From: Treponema sp.
Lineage (GTDB): Bacteria; Spirochaetota; Spirochaetia; Treponematales; Treponemataceae
NCBI GenBank assembly: GCA_016286365.1
Contig: JAEESN010000008.1
Coordinates: 24,319-88,318 of the forward strand
Reading direction: 5' to 3'
Length of the DNA: 64,000 bases
The position numbers and the translations under genes are program-made. Each line of letters opens with the position of its first letter. The stretch's first letter is position 1. Below are positions 36,810 to 46,093 of the stretch, in pieces. Under the pieces are notes generated by a model. That model made no database searches, was not told the origin of the DNA, and saw nothing but the letters and a program-made list of their open reading frames with translations.

Positions 36810-37250
36810 TTATTTAAAATCAATAGGATCGTTATTCCAGTTTTCAATCACAATTGTCCTGGAAGAATCTTCGTTTATAGAAATTTTAAGGATGATGGTT
36901 TTAGAAGGAAGTTCATCCATTATTTTTTCGCTCCATTCGATTATAGAAACCCCGTCTCCGTAGAGCATGTCGTCTGTCCCAAGGTTTATAAAATCTTCAA
37001 CGCCGTCGAGCCTGTATACATCCATGTGATATAATGGCATCTTTCCTGAATATTCACTTATGAGGCAGAAGGTTGGACTTGTGATTGTATCGTTAATTCC
37101 TAAAGACAGGGCAATTCCTTTTGTGATAGTAGTTTTACCCGCTGCAAGAGTTCCCTGCATAGCGATGATATCACCTTTTTTAAGACAGCTTCCTATCTTT
37201 TTTCCTAATTCTATTGTTTCTTCCGAAGAGTGAGTCGTAAAGGTTAACAA
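36810..37250 (-). CDS. tsaE: tRNA t6A37 ATPase TsaE (YjeE)
   Basis: P-loop GTLAAGKTTITKG, HMDVYRL motif, 146 aa. Confidence 0.88.
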   Translation of the reverse strand: MLTFTTHSSEETIELGKKIGSCLKKGDIIAMQGTLAAGKTTITKGIALSLGINDTITSPTFCLISEYSGKMPLYHMDVYRLDGVEDFINLGTDDMLYGDGVSIIEWSEKIMDELPSKTIILKISINEDSSRTIVIENWNNDPIDFK

Positions 37251-37507
37251 GGTATTTTGCCTTCCATTTCCTGTGCAAGGATGTATTCGATAATTGCCCT
37301 TTTTAAAGGTAAGAGGGGATAGTTGATTCCCGGAGTAACCTGAAGGTCTATTGTTTTATTTCCAAGAGGATCCATCTCTATTGTGAATTTAATCTGTGTG
37401 TGTTCCACACTTGTCGGAAGCTCTACATATACGTCGCCCGTATAACGCCTGATGTAAAAAATGTGACCTTCTTCTCGTTGTAAACCTTTAATTTCGACAA
37501 CTTTCAT
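37244..37507 (-). CDS. Small hypothetical protein (87 aa)
   Basis: Complete ORF overlapping tsaE by 7 nt. I recognise no motif. Confidence 0.45.
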   Translation of the reverse strand: MKVVEIKGLQREEGHIFYIRRYTGDVYVELPTSVEHTQIKFTIEMDPLGNKTIDLQVTPGINYPLLPLKRAIIEYILAQEMEGKIPC

Positions 37508-37557
37508 ATCTCAAGAATACCCGTTTTTATTTTTGTTAGCAAGTGGAAGCAAAATTC

Positions 37558-38151
37558 CTACATAGCCTTTAATGCCGATGAAATTGCCTTTAATCTTGGG
37601 CAAATTTCATACTCAGATAAATCGCCGATCAGAACTGTGTCATTGTTCTGTAATGCCGCTTCAAAATCACGCAGCACCGGAGAAAAATCTGCAAAAAAAT
37701 CATTAAAGCTATTTCCATCGATATTTGTGTTTTTATAAGTGTCTGGGAAAAGACTCGCAAGTGTTGCTACATGACAAAACTGATCTATCTTATCTGCAAG
37801 TTCTTTTATTGATTGTGTAACTGATGAACCTTTTCCGTTCTGGAAATCTGTGTGTACGTTTTCCATTTTTGAAGAAAGTTCTTCAAAGCATTTAGAAAGC
37901 TCTTCAAAGCTTGCCTTGATATCTGCCTTTGTTACTACAGAAAATTCAAACTTAGTTTTATCGCTCAAAGGCTTTTCGGCTTCCTTATCGAATTCATCTG
38001 CTGTAATCTGCTTTCCGTCCACAGTTATACCGATTACTGCAGCGTCGTTTTTTTCGCAGGTAAGTTCAAAAGATTTTAAAACATCACCCACTGTCTGTTC
38101 GCTTTCAAGTTCTGCTTCTACAGGATTTCCGTTTATGTAAATATTAATCAT
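37558..38151 (-). CDS. Hypothetical protein (197 aa) downstream of fliD; flagellar-operon associated
   Basis: Complete ORF 12 nt after the fliD stop, acidic and helical. I recognise no motif. Confidence 0.5.
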   Translation of the reverse strand: MINIYINGNPVEAELESEQTVGDVLKSFELTCEKNDAAVIGITVDGKQITADEFDKEAEKPLSDKTKFEFSVVTKADIKASFEELSKCFEELSSKMENVHTDFQNGKGSSVTQSIKELADKIDQFCHVATLASLFPDTYKNTNIDGNSFNDFFADFSPVLRDFEAALQNNDTVLIGDLSEYEICPRLKAISSALKAM

Positions 38152-38163
38152 TGCTCATTCCCC

Positions 38164-40236
38164 TTATCTGTTCTGCTGTTGCTGCTGCTGTTGTCTTGTA
38201 AAGTTATTTATAGAATTCTGCTGATTTTCAAGGCTGTTCAAAGAGCTTTCCATTGAGCTGTATTTAGCGCGCAGTTCTGCTTCTTTTTTAGTCATCTGAT
38301 CTTCGAGCTTTGTAATCTTAGTCTGTGAACTTTTTATCTTTGAATCAAGAGTTGAGGTTTTAAGCGCAAGTATTCCGCCTGTCTGGGTGTAAGCGGTAAG
38401 CTGTTTATCAAGGTTATATGCAATTCCGCTGTCGATTATTAAGTCATCATCAGAGTCGTAACCGAAAAGCTGCTTTATTTCATCAAGATGATTTTCGATT
38501 GCGTCATCAAGCTTCTTTTCGTCAATTTCAAGATATCCTCGCAGGCGGCTCTGAGAATAAGAACCCGAATATCCTGTTGCATTTGTAGAAATACCAATCT
38601 GTGCTAAAAGTGTAAGAGTTGCATAATCAGAATATCTGTAATTTTGAGTGAGTATTCCCTGCATGCTCGACTTCATATTCGGAAGTGTAAAATCCCCCTG
38701 GAACATTCCAAGCTGACCGAACAATTTTTCTTTTTCTGCATCGCTTAAATAATCAAGTTCTTCCACTATTTCGCGTTTATTCTGAGAAAGAACGTTTATC
38801 TTTGCAATTACCTGATTATATTTTCCTACGAATTCGATGAGCGCATTTTTAGAAGCTTCCTTATCCGGTTTTACGGTGATAGTTGCAGTGCGTTCTGTTT
38901 TTTCGTGAACATGAAGGGTGATTTCCGGGACAACGTCATCAATATCGTTATTAGATCTTGTGATTGTAATTCCTTCGTATTTAATAATACAGTCTCCGGC
39001 TTCTTCAATAGCATGATTTGGTGCATAGCCTAAAGCCTGTCCTGAATCGTATGCAGAAAAAGCCGAAACTTCAAGAGAATAACCTGTGTTTTCGTTTCTA
39101 ACGATAATTCCCTTAATTCCCTGATATTCTGCAATCGGTAAATCTATAGAAATCTCTGAATCCGAAAAGAGGGTAGGAGTAGAGATTAATTTTTCTGTGC
39201 CATCTGCCATTAAGGCATATAATACATTTTTATTGTTTACAGGGCTGAGCGGAGTTTTATTCTGCTGCGACTGTTCTGGAAGATTTGCTTCTGAGCCCAT
39301 GTTTCTTACGACAATTCCCTTAAATTCAGCATAACCTGCATCTGGAATTACAGGATTTTCTGCTTCCTTATTTAATGCTTCTGTAATGTCCTGAACATTA
39401 TTTGCCCTTAAAGTAAAGGTGATATGATTTGTATTTTTAGAAGTGATCTGTCCGGGAATATTAATCTGGAAAGCCCCGCGCGGTTCAACTAAAACTGTTC
39501 CGTTTGTAAGCTTTGTCCTTGTAAGAGAAAGACCGGGCATCTTCGAATTTTCTGTATTTTTTGATGGGGGAGGTGCAAAGAATTCCCCGCTTGAAGTACC
39601 AAAAGTTTCTTTGTTTGAAGAAACTGCACTTACCATACCTGTAGAAAGAGCAAGAGTTTTTGCTGCTCCTTCGAAAATAAGTTTATTGTCTTTTCCTGTT
39701 ATGCAGGATTCAATTAAAAGTGTCTTTTTACCGGCGCTCGCACCGATAATCATCGATTTAATTACACCGTTTCCGCGCTTGTTTATTGCATCGGAAAAGT
39801 TTTTCAGTGTTCCACCTTTCCAGTTGATTGTTACCTGTTTGTCGCCTACTTTATAAGTGTAGACTCCCTGTGGAATCTGATAATCTGTGGCAAGTTCGTC
39901 TGTCAAAAATCTGTCTGCTGTGGCCGGCTGAATAACATCAACTTTAAACGACTGAATCTCTGCACTGCGGTTTGCGCTTGCAGTAATTGCGTTTTCGTCG
40001 GTTGATGAGGCAAGTTTACTGTTAAATGGATTTTCGTAAGAGTATAAGCTTTTTATACTTTCACGAAGAGAAGAGAGTTGAGTATTTACTTCACGCCAGG
40101 CGTCTTTTTGAGCCTTATACGCATCGAGCTGCTCCTGTTCCCTTGTCAACGGGATTCGCTCGATTTGCATAAGTTTCTCTACAGTTTCATTTGTTTTGTA
40201 CTGATCGGTTACACCTGGGATATTTAATCCAGCCAT
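38164..40236 (-). CDS. fliD: Flagellar filament cap protein FliD (HAP2)
   Basis: N-terminal ...VEKLMQIERIPLTREQEQLDAYKAQKDAW and C-terminal coiled coil ...LEDQMTKKEAELRAKYSSMESSLNSL. It ends in a poly-Q tail. Confidence 0.9.
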   Translation of the reverse strand: MAGLNIPGVTDQYKTNETVEKLMQIERIPLTREQEQLDAYKAQKDAWREVNTQLSSLRESIKSLYSYENPFNSKLASSTDENAITASANRSAEIQSFKVDVIQPATADRFLTDELATDYQIPQGVYTYKVGDKQVTINWKGGTLKNFSDAINKRGNGVIKSMIIGASAGKKTLLIESCITGKDNKLIFEGAAKTLALSTGMVSAVSSNKETFGTSSGEFFAPPPSKNTENSKMPGLSLTRTKLTNGTVLVEPRGAFQINIPGQITSKNTNHITFTLRANNVQDITEALNKEAENPVIPDAGYAEFKGIVVRNMGSEANLPEQSQQNKTPLSPVNNKNVLYALMADGTEKLISTPTLFSDSEISIDLPIAEYQGIKGIIVRNENTGYSLEVSAFSAYDSGQALGYAPNHAIEEAGDCIIKYEGITITRSNNDIDDVVPEITLHVHEKTERTATITVKPDKEASKNALIEFVGKYNQVIAKINVLSQNKREIVEELDYLSDAEKEKLFGQLGMFQGDFTLPNMKSSMQGILTQNYRYSDYATLTLLAQIGISTNATGYSGSYSQSRLRGYLEIDEKKLDDAIENHLDEIKQLFGYDSDDDLIIDSGIAYNLDKQLTAYTQTGGILALKTSTLDSKIKSSQTKITKLEDQMTKKEAELRAKYSSMESSLNSLENQQNSINNFTRQQQQQQQNR

Positions 40237-40267
40237 ATCAAGTTGTCTTTAGTAGAGAAATTAAAAA

Positions 40268-40648
40268 TTAAGCGTAATCATCAAACAAATTACCAATTGC
40301 TTTTCTGATACTTAACTTTAACTTCTGAATATCCTCAGACGGTATCTCCTTTAAAATCTGATTTGTTCTAGTATCAATAACTTTAACTACAACGCTTCCT
40401 AATTCTTTGTCAACGTTGAATTGAAGTTCCCGATTACCTACCATCTCAGATAATTTCTGGAGCTCCTGTGAATTTGCCTTTAATTCAGCAATATTCTGCT
40501 CGATATTCTGAGCTACCTGAGCTCCTGTAGGAGTTGTCTGTACTAAATACTGAGATGCTGTATTGCTTTTTACAGCAGCTGCATTTGCGTATAGAGACTG
40601 GCCATCCATTGCCGCGTGAACCATTGAAGCTTGATTGATAGTATTCAT
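40268..40648 (-). CDS. flaG: Flagellar protein FlaG
   Basis: FlaG-family block LQFNVDKELGSVVVKVIDTRTNQILKEIPSEDIQKL. It is directly upstream of fliD. Confidence 0.85.
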   Translation of the reverse strand: MNTINQASMVHAAMDGQSLYANAAAVKSNTASQYLVQTTPTGAQVAQNIEQNIAELKANSQELQKLSEMVGNRELQFNVDKELGSVVVKVIDTRTNQILKEIPSEDIQKLKLSIRKAIGNLFDDYA

Positions 40649-40701
40649 AGGTTCTCCTCCTTATTTTGCATAAACATAATTTCTTATGTTTATTCCTCCT
40701 T

Positions 40702-40738
40702 GAAAAATTAAATCTGAAGGGGGGCGCACCCCTTCTGA
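40702..40738 (-). terminator. Intrinsic terminator downstream of flaB (40785-41633)
   Basis: GAAGGGG / CCCCTTC stem with a 6-nt loop, followed on the minus strand by a U-rich tract. Confidence 0.55.
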
Positions 40739-40784
40739 TTTACCTTGTCAAAAAGATGACATCCAGAAATCTCTTTGAAAGGTT

Positions 40785-41633
40785 TTATTTTAATAATGCT
40801 AAAACAGTCTGTGACTGAGAGTTAGCCTGTGCAAGCATTGCAGTACCAGCTTGTGTGAGAATCTGGTTCTTAGTAAACTCAACCATTTCAGAAGCCATAT
40901 CTGTATCGCGGATGCGGCTTTCTGCAGCCTGAGTATTTTCAGCAGCAATATTTACACCTTTAGCAGCCATTTCAAATCTGTTCTGATAAGCACCAAGGTC
41001 GGCACGCTGTTTTGTAACATTCTTTAATGCTTCATCAATAGTACCGATTGCCATGTTAGCTAAATCAGGAGCAGCAATTGAAATCTGATCATCAGAACTT
41101 GTTTCGCCCTTTAAGCCTAAAGCTAAAGCAGACATAGTTCCAATGTAGATACGTGTGTTCTGGTCCATGTTAGGTCCAATGTGGAGCTGCATGATTGAGC
41201 CGCCTTCCTGAGCAAAGCGACCTGTGAGCATATTCATGCCGTTGAATTGAGCCTGGCTTGCAATTCTATCAACTTCAGAAACAAGCTGTGAAACTTCTAC
41301 CTGAATCTGCATACGATCTTCATCGCTGTAGATACCGTTTGCTGACTGTACTGCAAGTTCACGAATACGCTGAAGAATATCTGTAGTTTCTGTAAGATAT
41401 CCTTCTGTTGTCTGAATAAATGAAACTCCATTCATAATATTCTTACTTGCCTGGTTAAGTCCGCGGATTTGGCTGCGCATCTTTTCAGATACGGCAAGTC
41501 CAGATGCATCATCTCCGGCGCGATTAATGCGTTCACCAGAAGAGAGTTTTTCCATGTTTTTCATGATATTGTCATTAGAAATGCCCAATACACGATCAGC
41601 ATAGAGCGAACTCATATTGTGATTAATAATCAT
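40785..41633 (-). CDS. flaB: Flagellar filament core protein FlaB (flagellin), copy 1
   Basis: [14 protein letters not shown]...[31 protein letters not shown] ... [19 protein letters not shown]. Confidence 0.95.
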   Translation of the reverse strand: MIINHNMSSLYADRVLGISNDNIMKNMEKLSSGERINRAGDDASGLAVSEKMRSQIRGLNQASKNIMNGVSFIQTTEGYLTETTDILQRIRELAVQSANGIYSDEDRMQIQVEVSQLVSEVDRIASQAQFNGMNMLTGRFAQEGGSIMQLHIGPNMDQNTRIYIGTMSALALGLKGETSSDDQISIAAPDLANMAIGTIDEALKNVTKQRADLGAYQNRFEMAAKGVNIAAENTQAAESRIRDTDMASEMVEFTKNQILTQAGTAMLAQANSQSQTVLALLK

Positions 41634-41938
41634 ATTTGTGCCTCCATGTTTAATATACGAAAAGCCTCTTGCTTAACGTCCTGCAGGTGCAGGCTGGATT
41701 TGTCTACGCCCCAAGTCCAGTTTCAGACCTATTACAGCAGGAATAGTCAGAATGTATCCAATCTGACTGTTCTTGCTGTCACCTGCAAAAACATGAATGC
41801 ACGTTTTCAAAGAACATAATGCCTCTGAAATGGCATTTTAATAAACAATTTTAAATGGTGTTTGAAAGTAGAGTAGTATGCAAAAAAGAAACACCGTGCA
41901 AATATTATACGCGCAAGTATACAGCTTGCGCATACAAT

Positions 41939-41967
41939 ATTATAATACACTATCTTAGCAAAGACAA
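41939..41967 (-). promoter_or_regulatory. Sigma70-like promoter inside the flaB-flaB spacer
   Basis: Minus strand TTGTCT, a 17-nt spacer, then TATAAT. It would give a ~300-nt leader for flaB copy 1, or an independent small transcript. Confidence 0.35.
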
Positions 41968-42015
41968 GACAATTAATATTGCCTATAACCCTGAGTCAAA
42001 AGCGTAATTTTGTTC

Positions 42016-42876
42016 TTAACGAAGAAGACTCAAAACGTTCTGGCTCTGGCTATTTGCCTGTGCTAACATTGCTGTTCCAGCCTGCTGCAAAACTGCGTTC
42101 TTAGTGAAAGAAACCATCTGTTCTGCCATATCTGTATCACGGATACGTGATTCAGAAGCCTGCATGTTTTCAGCACCAACATCCAATCCCTTAATAGTAA
42201 GTTCAAGGCGGTTCTGATAAGCACCAAGGTCTGCACGCTGTTTGTTAATCTTTTTAAGAGCTTCATCGAGTGTACCGATTGCACGGTTGGCATCTTCCGG
42301 TGTTGAAAGAGAAAGTTTTTCCTCGTTTCCAGCCATACGTACTCCAAGAGCTTCGGCTGTCATAGTACCGATGAAAACCTGTGTTCTCTGATCCATGTTG
42401 GCACCAATATGGAACCACATAGATGCTGTTACAACATTTTCGCCCAAAGGACGAGCGAAACGACCTGTAAGCATGTTCATACCGTTGAACTGGGCAGAAC
42501 TAGCAATGCGATCAACTTCAGAAACGAGCTGTGAAACTTCTACCTGAATCTGCATTCTGTCTTCATCACTGTAAATACCGTTAGAAGCCTGGATTGCAAG
42601 TTCACGGAGACGCTGCATGATGTCAGTTGTTTCCTGTAAATAACCTTCTGTTGTCTGAATGAAACTGATACCGTTCTGAGCGTTTGTTGAAGCCTGATTC
42701 AAACCGCGAATCTGACTGCGCATTTTTTCTGAAACTGCGAGACCTGAAGCGTCATCACCTGCACGGTTGATTTTTTCTCCAGATGAGAGTTTTTCCATGT
42801 CCTTATCGAGATAAAGACCTGTTACTCCGAGTTGACGATTGGCAAACATTGCCGACATGTTGTGGTTGATAACCAT
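42016..42876 (-). CDS. flaB: Flagellar filament core protein FlaB (flagellin), copy 2
   Basis: [17 protein letters not shown]...[31 protein letters not shown] prefer ATG 42876 (AAGGAGG 6 nt upstream) to the 12-codon extension in the track. Confidence 0.95.
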   Translation of the reverse strand: MVINHNMSAMFANRQLGVTGLYLDKDMEKLSSGEKINRAGDDASGLAVSEKMRSQIRGLNQASTNAQNGISFIQTTEGYLQETTDIMQRLRELAIQASNGIYSDEDRMQIQVEVSQLVSEVDRIASSAQFNGMNMLTGRFARPLGENVVTASMWFHIGANMDQRTQVFIGTMTAEALGVRMAGNEEKLSLSTPEDANRAIGTLDEALKKINKQRADLGAYQNRLELTIKGLDVGAENMQASESRIRDTDMAEQMVSFTKNAVLQQAGTAMLAQANSQSQNVLSLLR

Positions 42877-42899
42877 AGTATTCCTCCTTGGAATATGTG

Positions 42900-42919
42900 C
42901 AGAAGAATCCATTCTTCTG
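42900..42919 (-). promoter_or_regulatory. GGA-loop hairpin in the flaB copy-2 leader (candidate CsrA binding site 1; site 2 overlaps the SD)
   Basis: The RNA CAGAAGAA-UGGA-UUCUUCUG has an 8-bp stem presenting GGA in the loop. It lies 24 nt upstream of the ATG, and the SD is CAAGGAGGA. Confidence 0.5.
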
Positions 42920-43027
42920 AAATTGCAAAAATGTGCAAATGTTTACAAGGCTACATCTACACACTTTTGCTGAACCGCCTGACTGCTGCTTCATCGAAGT
43001 CGAGACACTCATAACAGTTCTGTAAAT

Positions 43028-43055
43028 ATATCGGCGAATATTATTAAAAACTTTA
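43028..43055 (-). promoter_or_regulatory. Sigma28 (FliA)-type promoter of flaB copy 2
   Basis: Minus strand TAAAGTTT-N12-GCCGATAT, against the consensus TAAAGTTT-N11-GCCGATAA. Confidence 0.75.
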
Positions 43056-43124
43056 CACTTTTTTTTAAAAAATTCGTAAAAAAAGTGCATTTTTTTGTGA
43101 AATTTGTGATTTTTTTAGTTTTTT

Positions 43125-43787
43125 TTACAGATTATTGATTATTTTCTGGATTACGCGCACTGCTTTTCCGCGGTGAGAGATGCTGTTTTTCTCTTCTGCG
43201 CTTATCTGAGCCACTGTTTTTCCATATTCCGGCAAAAAGACAATAGGGTCGTAACCAAAACCACCGTCTCCGCGGGCATCTTCTATAGAATCAATTAATG
43301 CACCTTCGAAGGTTTCCTGTGCTACAAAGAGTCTGTCCGGTCCAAGGTATAAAACCATTGCGCATGTATAGTGGCAGGATCTAGGGCCGTGAAGATATTC
43401 ACCTTTTGGAAGGTTTCCATTTTTAACTGCGTCTGTAGTCTGTTCTATAATAAACTTATTCTGTTCTTCCTGACTGATTTTTGAACCATCAGGTTTTCCT
43501 TTCATAAAATCAGGACCCGCATATCTTGCAGAATAGATTCCGGGATTCCCACCCAGGGCATCTACACAAATTCCAGAATCGTCTGCAATAACAGGGCAGT
43601 GAACAATATCATATAAAGCTTTCGCCTTGATTAAACTGTTTTCGTAAAAAGTTGTTCCGGTTTCCACAGGATCAAAATCAATATTTTCGTCCGATGGAAT
43701 TACAATTTCGTGTTCGCTCAATAACTGAACCATTTCTCTTTTTTTGTTTTTGTTTCCGGTTGCTAAATAAATTTTCATATCACGCAT
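43125..43787 (-). CDS. rdgB: Non-canonical purine NTP pyrophosphatase (RdgB/HAM1 family)
   Basis: IYLATGNKNKKREM near the N-terminus and GGFGYDPIVFLPEYGKTVAQISAEEKNSISHRGKA near the C-terminus. Confidence 0.9.
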   Translation of the reverse strand: MRDMKIYLATGNKNKKREMVQLLSEHEIVIPSDENIDFDPVETGTTFYENSLIKAKALYDIVHCPVIADDSGICVDALGGNPGIYSARYAGPDFMKGKPDGSKISQEEQNKFIIEQTTDAVKNGNLPKGEYLHGPRSCHYTCAMVLYLGPDRLFVAQETFEGALIDSIEDARGDGGFGYDPIVFLPEYGKTVAQISAEEKNSISHRGKAVRVIQKIINNL

Positions 43788-43879
43788 TTTATCTTAAAAA
43801 CATTTTTACTACAACATAGATGTAATCATATCATATTAAATCATTCAAACTTTGTGCATGCATACAAGCATGCATCTAA

Positions 43880-44869
43880 TCATCCAAAATAAAGCTCATG
43901 AACATTTCTGATGTAATAGCTCACCTGCCGTTCACAAATCCCCATTATTTCAGAAACAGTTTTATTCGTGGGCCTTATATTTATGACTCCTTTTCTAAAG
44001 CTCAAATTTAAATTATTCCATGATTCTGTATGCCTTATATATTTATGTGTAACAATTTTAAGCTTTTCGCGGGAAAAATAATCATTATCATCTTTAAGGT
44101 ATTGAATCAGATTTGAATATGTGCGCCTGTGATAGTATGCTTTGTTCCGTCTTATCTCAAGTTCTTTTTTGTGTTCAATTCTTACAGTGAGTTCTTCTTT
44201 TAAAGACTGAATCACATCTAAAAGAATATTATATTTAAGTCCGCAAATTTCGCTGATTATTCTTATCTGATAGTCTTCAATGTACCATGCAGATTTTAAT
44301 GCCAGAACAAGAAGAATTTTTTTTACCTTCATCGGGGAAAATTTTTCGAAAAGTTTTGCAACCTGAGAATTTTCATCTTCGGCCTTGTCTGTATATTTCG
44401 TGATTTTATATTCATCTGAATGGCACGCAATCTGGAACGCTTCAACATCAATCTTATTATAACGGTAGGGGATTTTAGGTTTTAAGGGAAGGGAAGTACT
44501 TTTGTAATCAAGATTAGACCAAATTTCCTGTTTGTAAGAATAACCTAAGATGCTTTCTGTGAGCGAATGATAATCAGAAAGAGTTTTTCCATGCTTCTTA
44601 CGTTTAATTGTCTTTTTTGCGCTTTTAATAAAACAGTAAAAATAATTAAAAAAGCTTCCGTAAGATGAATCAAATTTTTTGATGAATGGAACAGCTCTTT
44701 CTAAAAAATAAAGAATTACATCAGAAATAAAATCTTTTTCCTTGGAATCTAAAAGAAAAACTTTGTGATTTTCCTGAATAAAAACCGCCATATACTGGGC
44801 AGCTTCTTCTTCCGAAATTTCGTTATTATTCAGAAGTTCGGGAATGGAATTTAAATCATACTTTTTCAT
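43880..44869 (-). CDS. Hypothetical protein (329 aa) with sigma70-family-like region 2 and C-terminal HTH (region 4-like) signatures
   Basis: FDSSYGSFFNYFYCFIKSAKKTIKRK resembles sigma region 2.1-2.2. The C-terminal NKTVSEIMGICERQVSYYIRNV is HTH-like. GGAGGA SD. Confidence 0.35.
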   Translation of the reverse strand: MKKYDLNSIPELLNNNEISEEEAAQYMAVFIQENHKVFLLDSKEKDFISDVILYFLERAVPFIKKFDSSYGSFFNYFYCFIKSAKKTIKRKKHGKTLSDYHSLTESILGYSYKQEIWSNLDYKSTSLPLKPKIPYRYNKIDVEAFQIACHSDEYKITKYTDKAEDENSQVAKLFEKFSPMKVKKILLVLALKSAWYIEDYQIRIISEICGLKYNILLDVIQSLKEELTVRIEHKKELEIRRNKAYYHRRTYSNLIQYLKDDNDYFSREKLKIVTHKYIRHTESWNNLNLSFRKGVINIRPTNKTVSEIMGICERQVSYYIRNVHELYFG

Positions 44870-44913
44870 AAATCCTCCAGTTTTGTTATGATTTTTTTTG
44901 ATATAACAAATAT

Positions 44914-44929
44914 TGCAAGATTCGTGCCA
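44914..44929 (-). promoter_or_regulatory. Sigma54 (RpoN) -24/-12 promoter
   Basis: Minus strand TGGCACGAATCTTGCA is a perfect match to TGGCAC-N5-TTGCA. It is intergenic and correctly oriented, and the predicted +1 is ~34 nt upstream of ATG 44869. Confidence 0.7.
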
Positions 44930-44986
44930 AGTGAGGATTTTTTTTATACAATGATGATTTTTTATTTTTTTATGCTGATTATTTTT

Positions 44987-45982
44987 TTACATTATGCGCG
45001 CAAATTCTTTTACGATTGAAGGAAGAAGTGTTTCGATTTTTCCTTCGCAACTCATTCCCGACGCATTTTTATGACCGCCGCCACCGAATTTAGAAGCAAC
45101 AAGCGAAACGTCAATTTTATCAAGAGAGCGGAATCCGCCGGTGCATGTAGTAGGGGTGTCCTGCCTTAAAAATACAGCTGCCTGAACATCCTTACTCGAA
45201 AGTAAAAGCTGGTATAGGGCATCTGTATCACGTCCTTCGCTTCCATATTTTTTTGTGTCATCAATCGTTTCGTAAGTTATGATTAATTTTCCGTCAAGAT
45301 ATTTTTCTGCCTTGTCTAAAAGAATTCCAAGGAGCTTTCTTGTTGACCACGGCTTTCCGTTATTTATGTCGTTATAGATATTTCTTGGATCTGCACCGTA
45401 GCTTACAAGTCGGGCGGCCGCATTAAATAAATCAGCTGATTCTTCGTTCTGGCTTGTTAAAAATCTGAAGTATCCGGTGTCTGTGCCTATTCCAAAAAAG
45501 AGGATGGATGCAGTTTCTTCCGGGATTGGCCCAATCAGATTTTCATAAAAAAGCTGAACAAGGTAAGCTGCAGCCGGTGCCTTTGGATTTATGTATCCTT
45601 TTGCATTTGGAGGAAGGTCTGCCGTAAGATGATGATCTATTACAAAAATATCAAGATTATTTAAATCGCCGTCTATTTCACCGATTCTTTTGATTTCCGA
45701 ACAGTCTGTGATTATGAGTCCTGTTTCTTTTCTCTGTGCTTCGTCTAAAAAAACAAGGGTGTCGGAAAATAAATCCTTGTATTTTGTTATTTCATTTTTC
45801 TTAAAAGGTCCGCTCGACAAAAGCTGATAATCCTTTTTAAAGTGTTTTAAAATTGCTGCAATACCAAGGCAGGATGCAACACAGTCTCCGTCCGGGTCCT
45901 TGTGTCCTGCTACTAAAAAGAATTTATGATGTTCTATAAAGTCTTTAAAATCTGAAAAATAGTGAGCATCAATAATTGCCAT
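44987..45982 (-). CDS. nrnA: DHH-family phosphoesterase (NrnA-like oligoribonuclease / pAp phosphatase)
   Basis: Motifs GHKDPDGDCVAS, ITDCS, VIDHH and the DHHA1 motif GGGGHKNASG. Confidence 0.8.
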   Translation of the reverse strand: MAIIDAHYFSDFKDFIEHHKFFLVAGHKDPDGDCVASCLGIAAILKHFKKDYQLLSSGPFKKNEITKYKDLFSDTLVFLDEAQRKETGLIITDCSEIKRIGEIDGDLNNLDIFVIDHHLTADLPPNAKGYINPKAPAAAYLVQLFYENLIGPIPEETASILFFGIGTDTGYFRFLTSQNEESADLFNAAARLVSYGADPRNIYNDINNGKPWSTRKLLGILLDKAEKYLDGKLIITYETIDDTKKYGSEGRDTDALYQLLLSSKDVQAAVFLRQDTPTTCTGGFRSLDKIDVSLVASKFGGGGHKNASGMSCEGKIETLLPSIVKEFARIM

Positions 45983-46093
45983 TTTCTGTCCTTATAATCC
46001 TTATAATTTGTTAAATTTAATTGTGTTCTTTTAAAATAAAAAAAGGTTGAATAATCAACTTATCCAACCTTTATATTAATATTTTTTCGCTGA

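Noticed and set aside
38164-38200. CAG/CAA run encoding QQQQQQQ at the FliD C-terminus, as a possible slippage or phase-variation tract
   Set aside because: It is short, made of mixed codons and in frame. It is more likely simple low complexity at a disordered tail.
41469-41819. 116-aa plus-strand ORF overlapping the flaB copy-1 start and its leader
   Set aside because: It is antisense to flaB, has no RBS and has a Cys/Arg-rich nonsense-like composition. The region is better explained as a flaB 5' leader.
42877-42912. 12-codon N-terminal extension ([12 protein letters not shown]) of flaB copy 2 in the ORF track
   Set aside because: The extension covers the AAGGAGG Shine-Dalgarno. The downstream ATG gives the canonical flagellin N-terminus MVINHNMSA.
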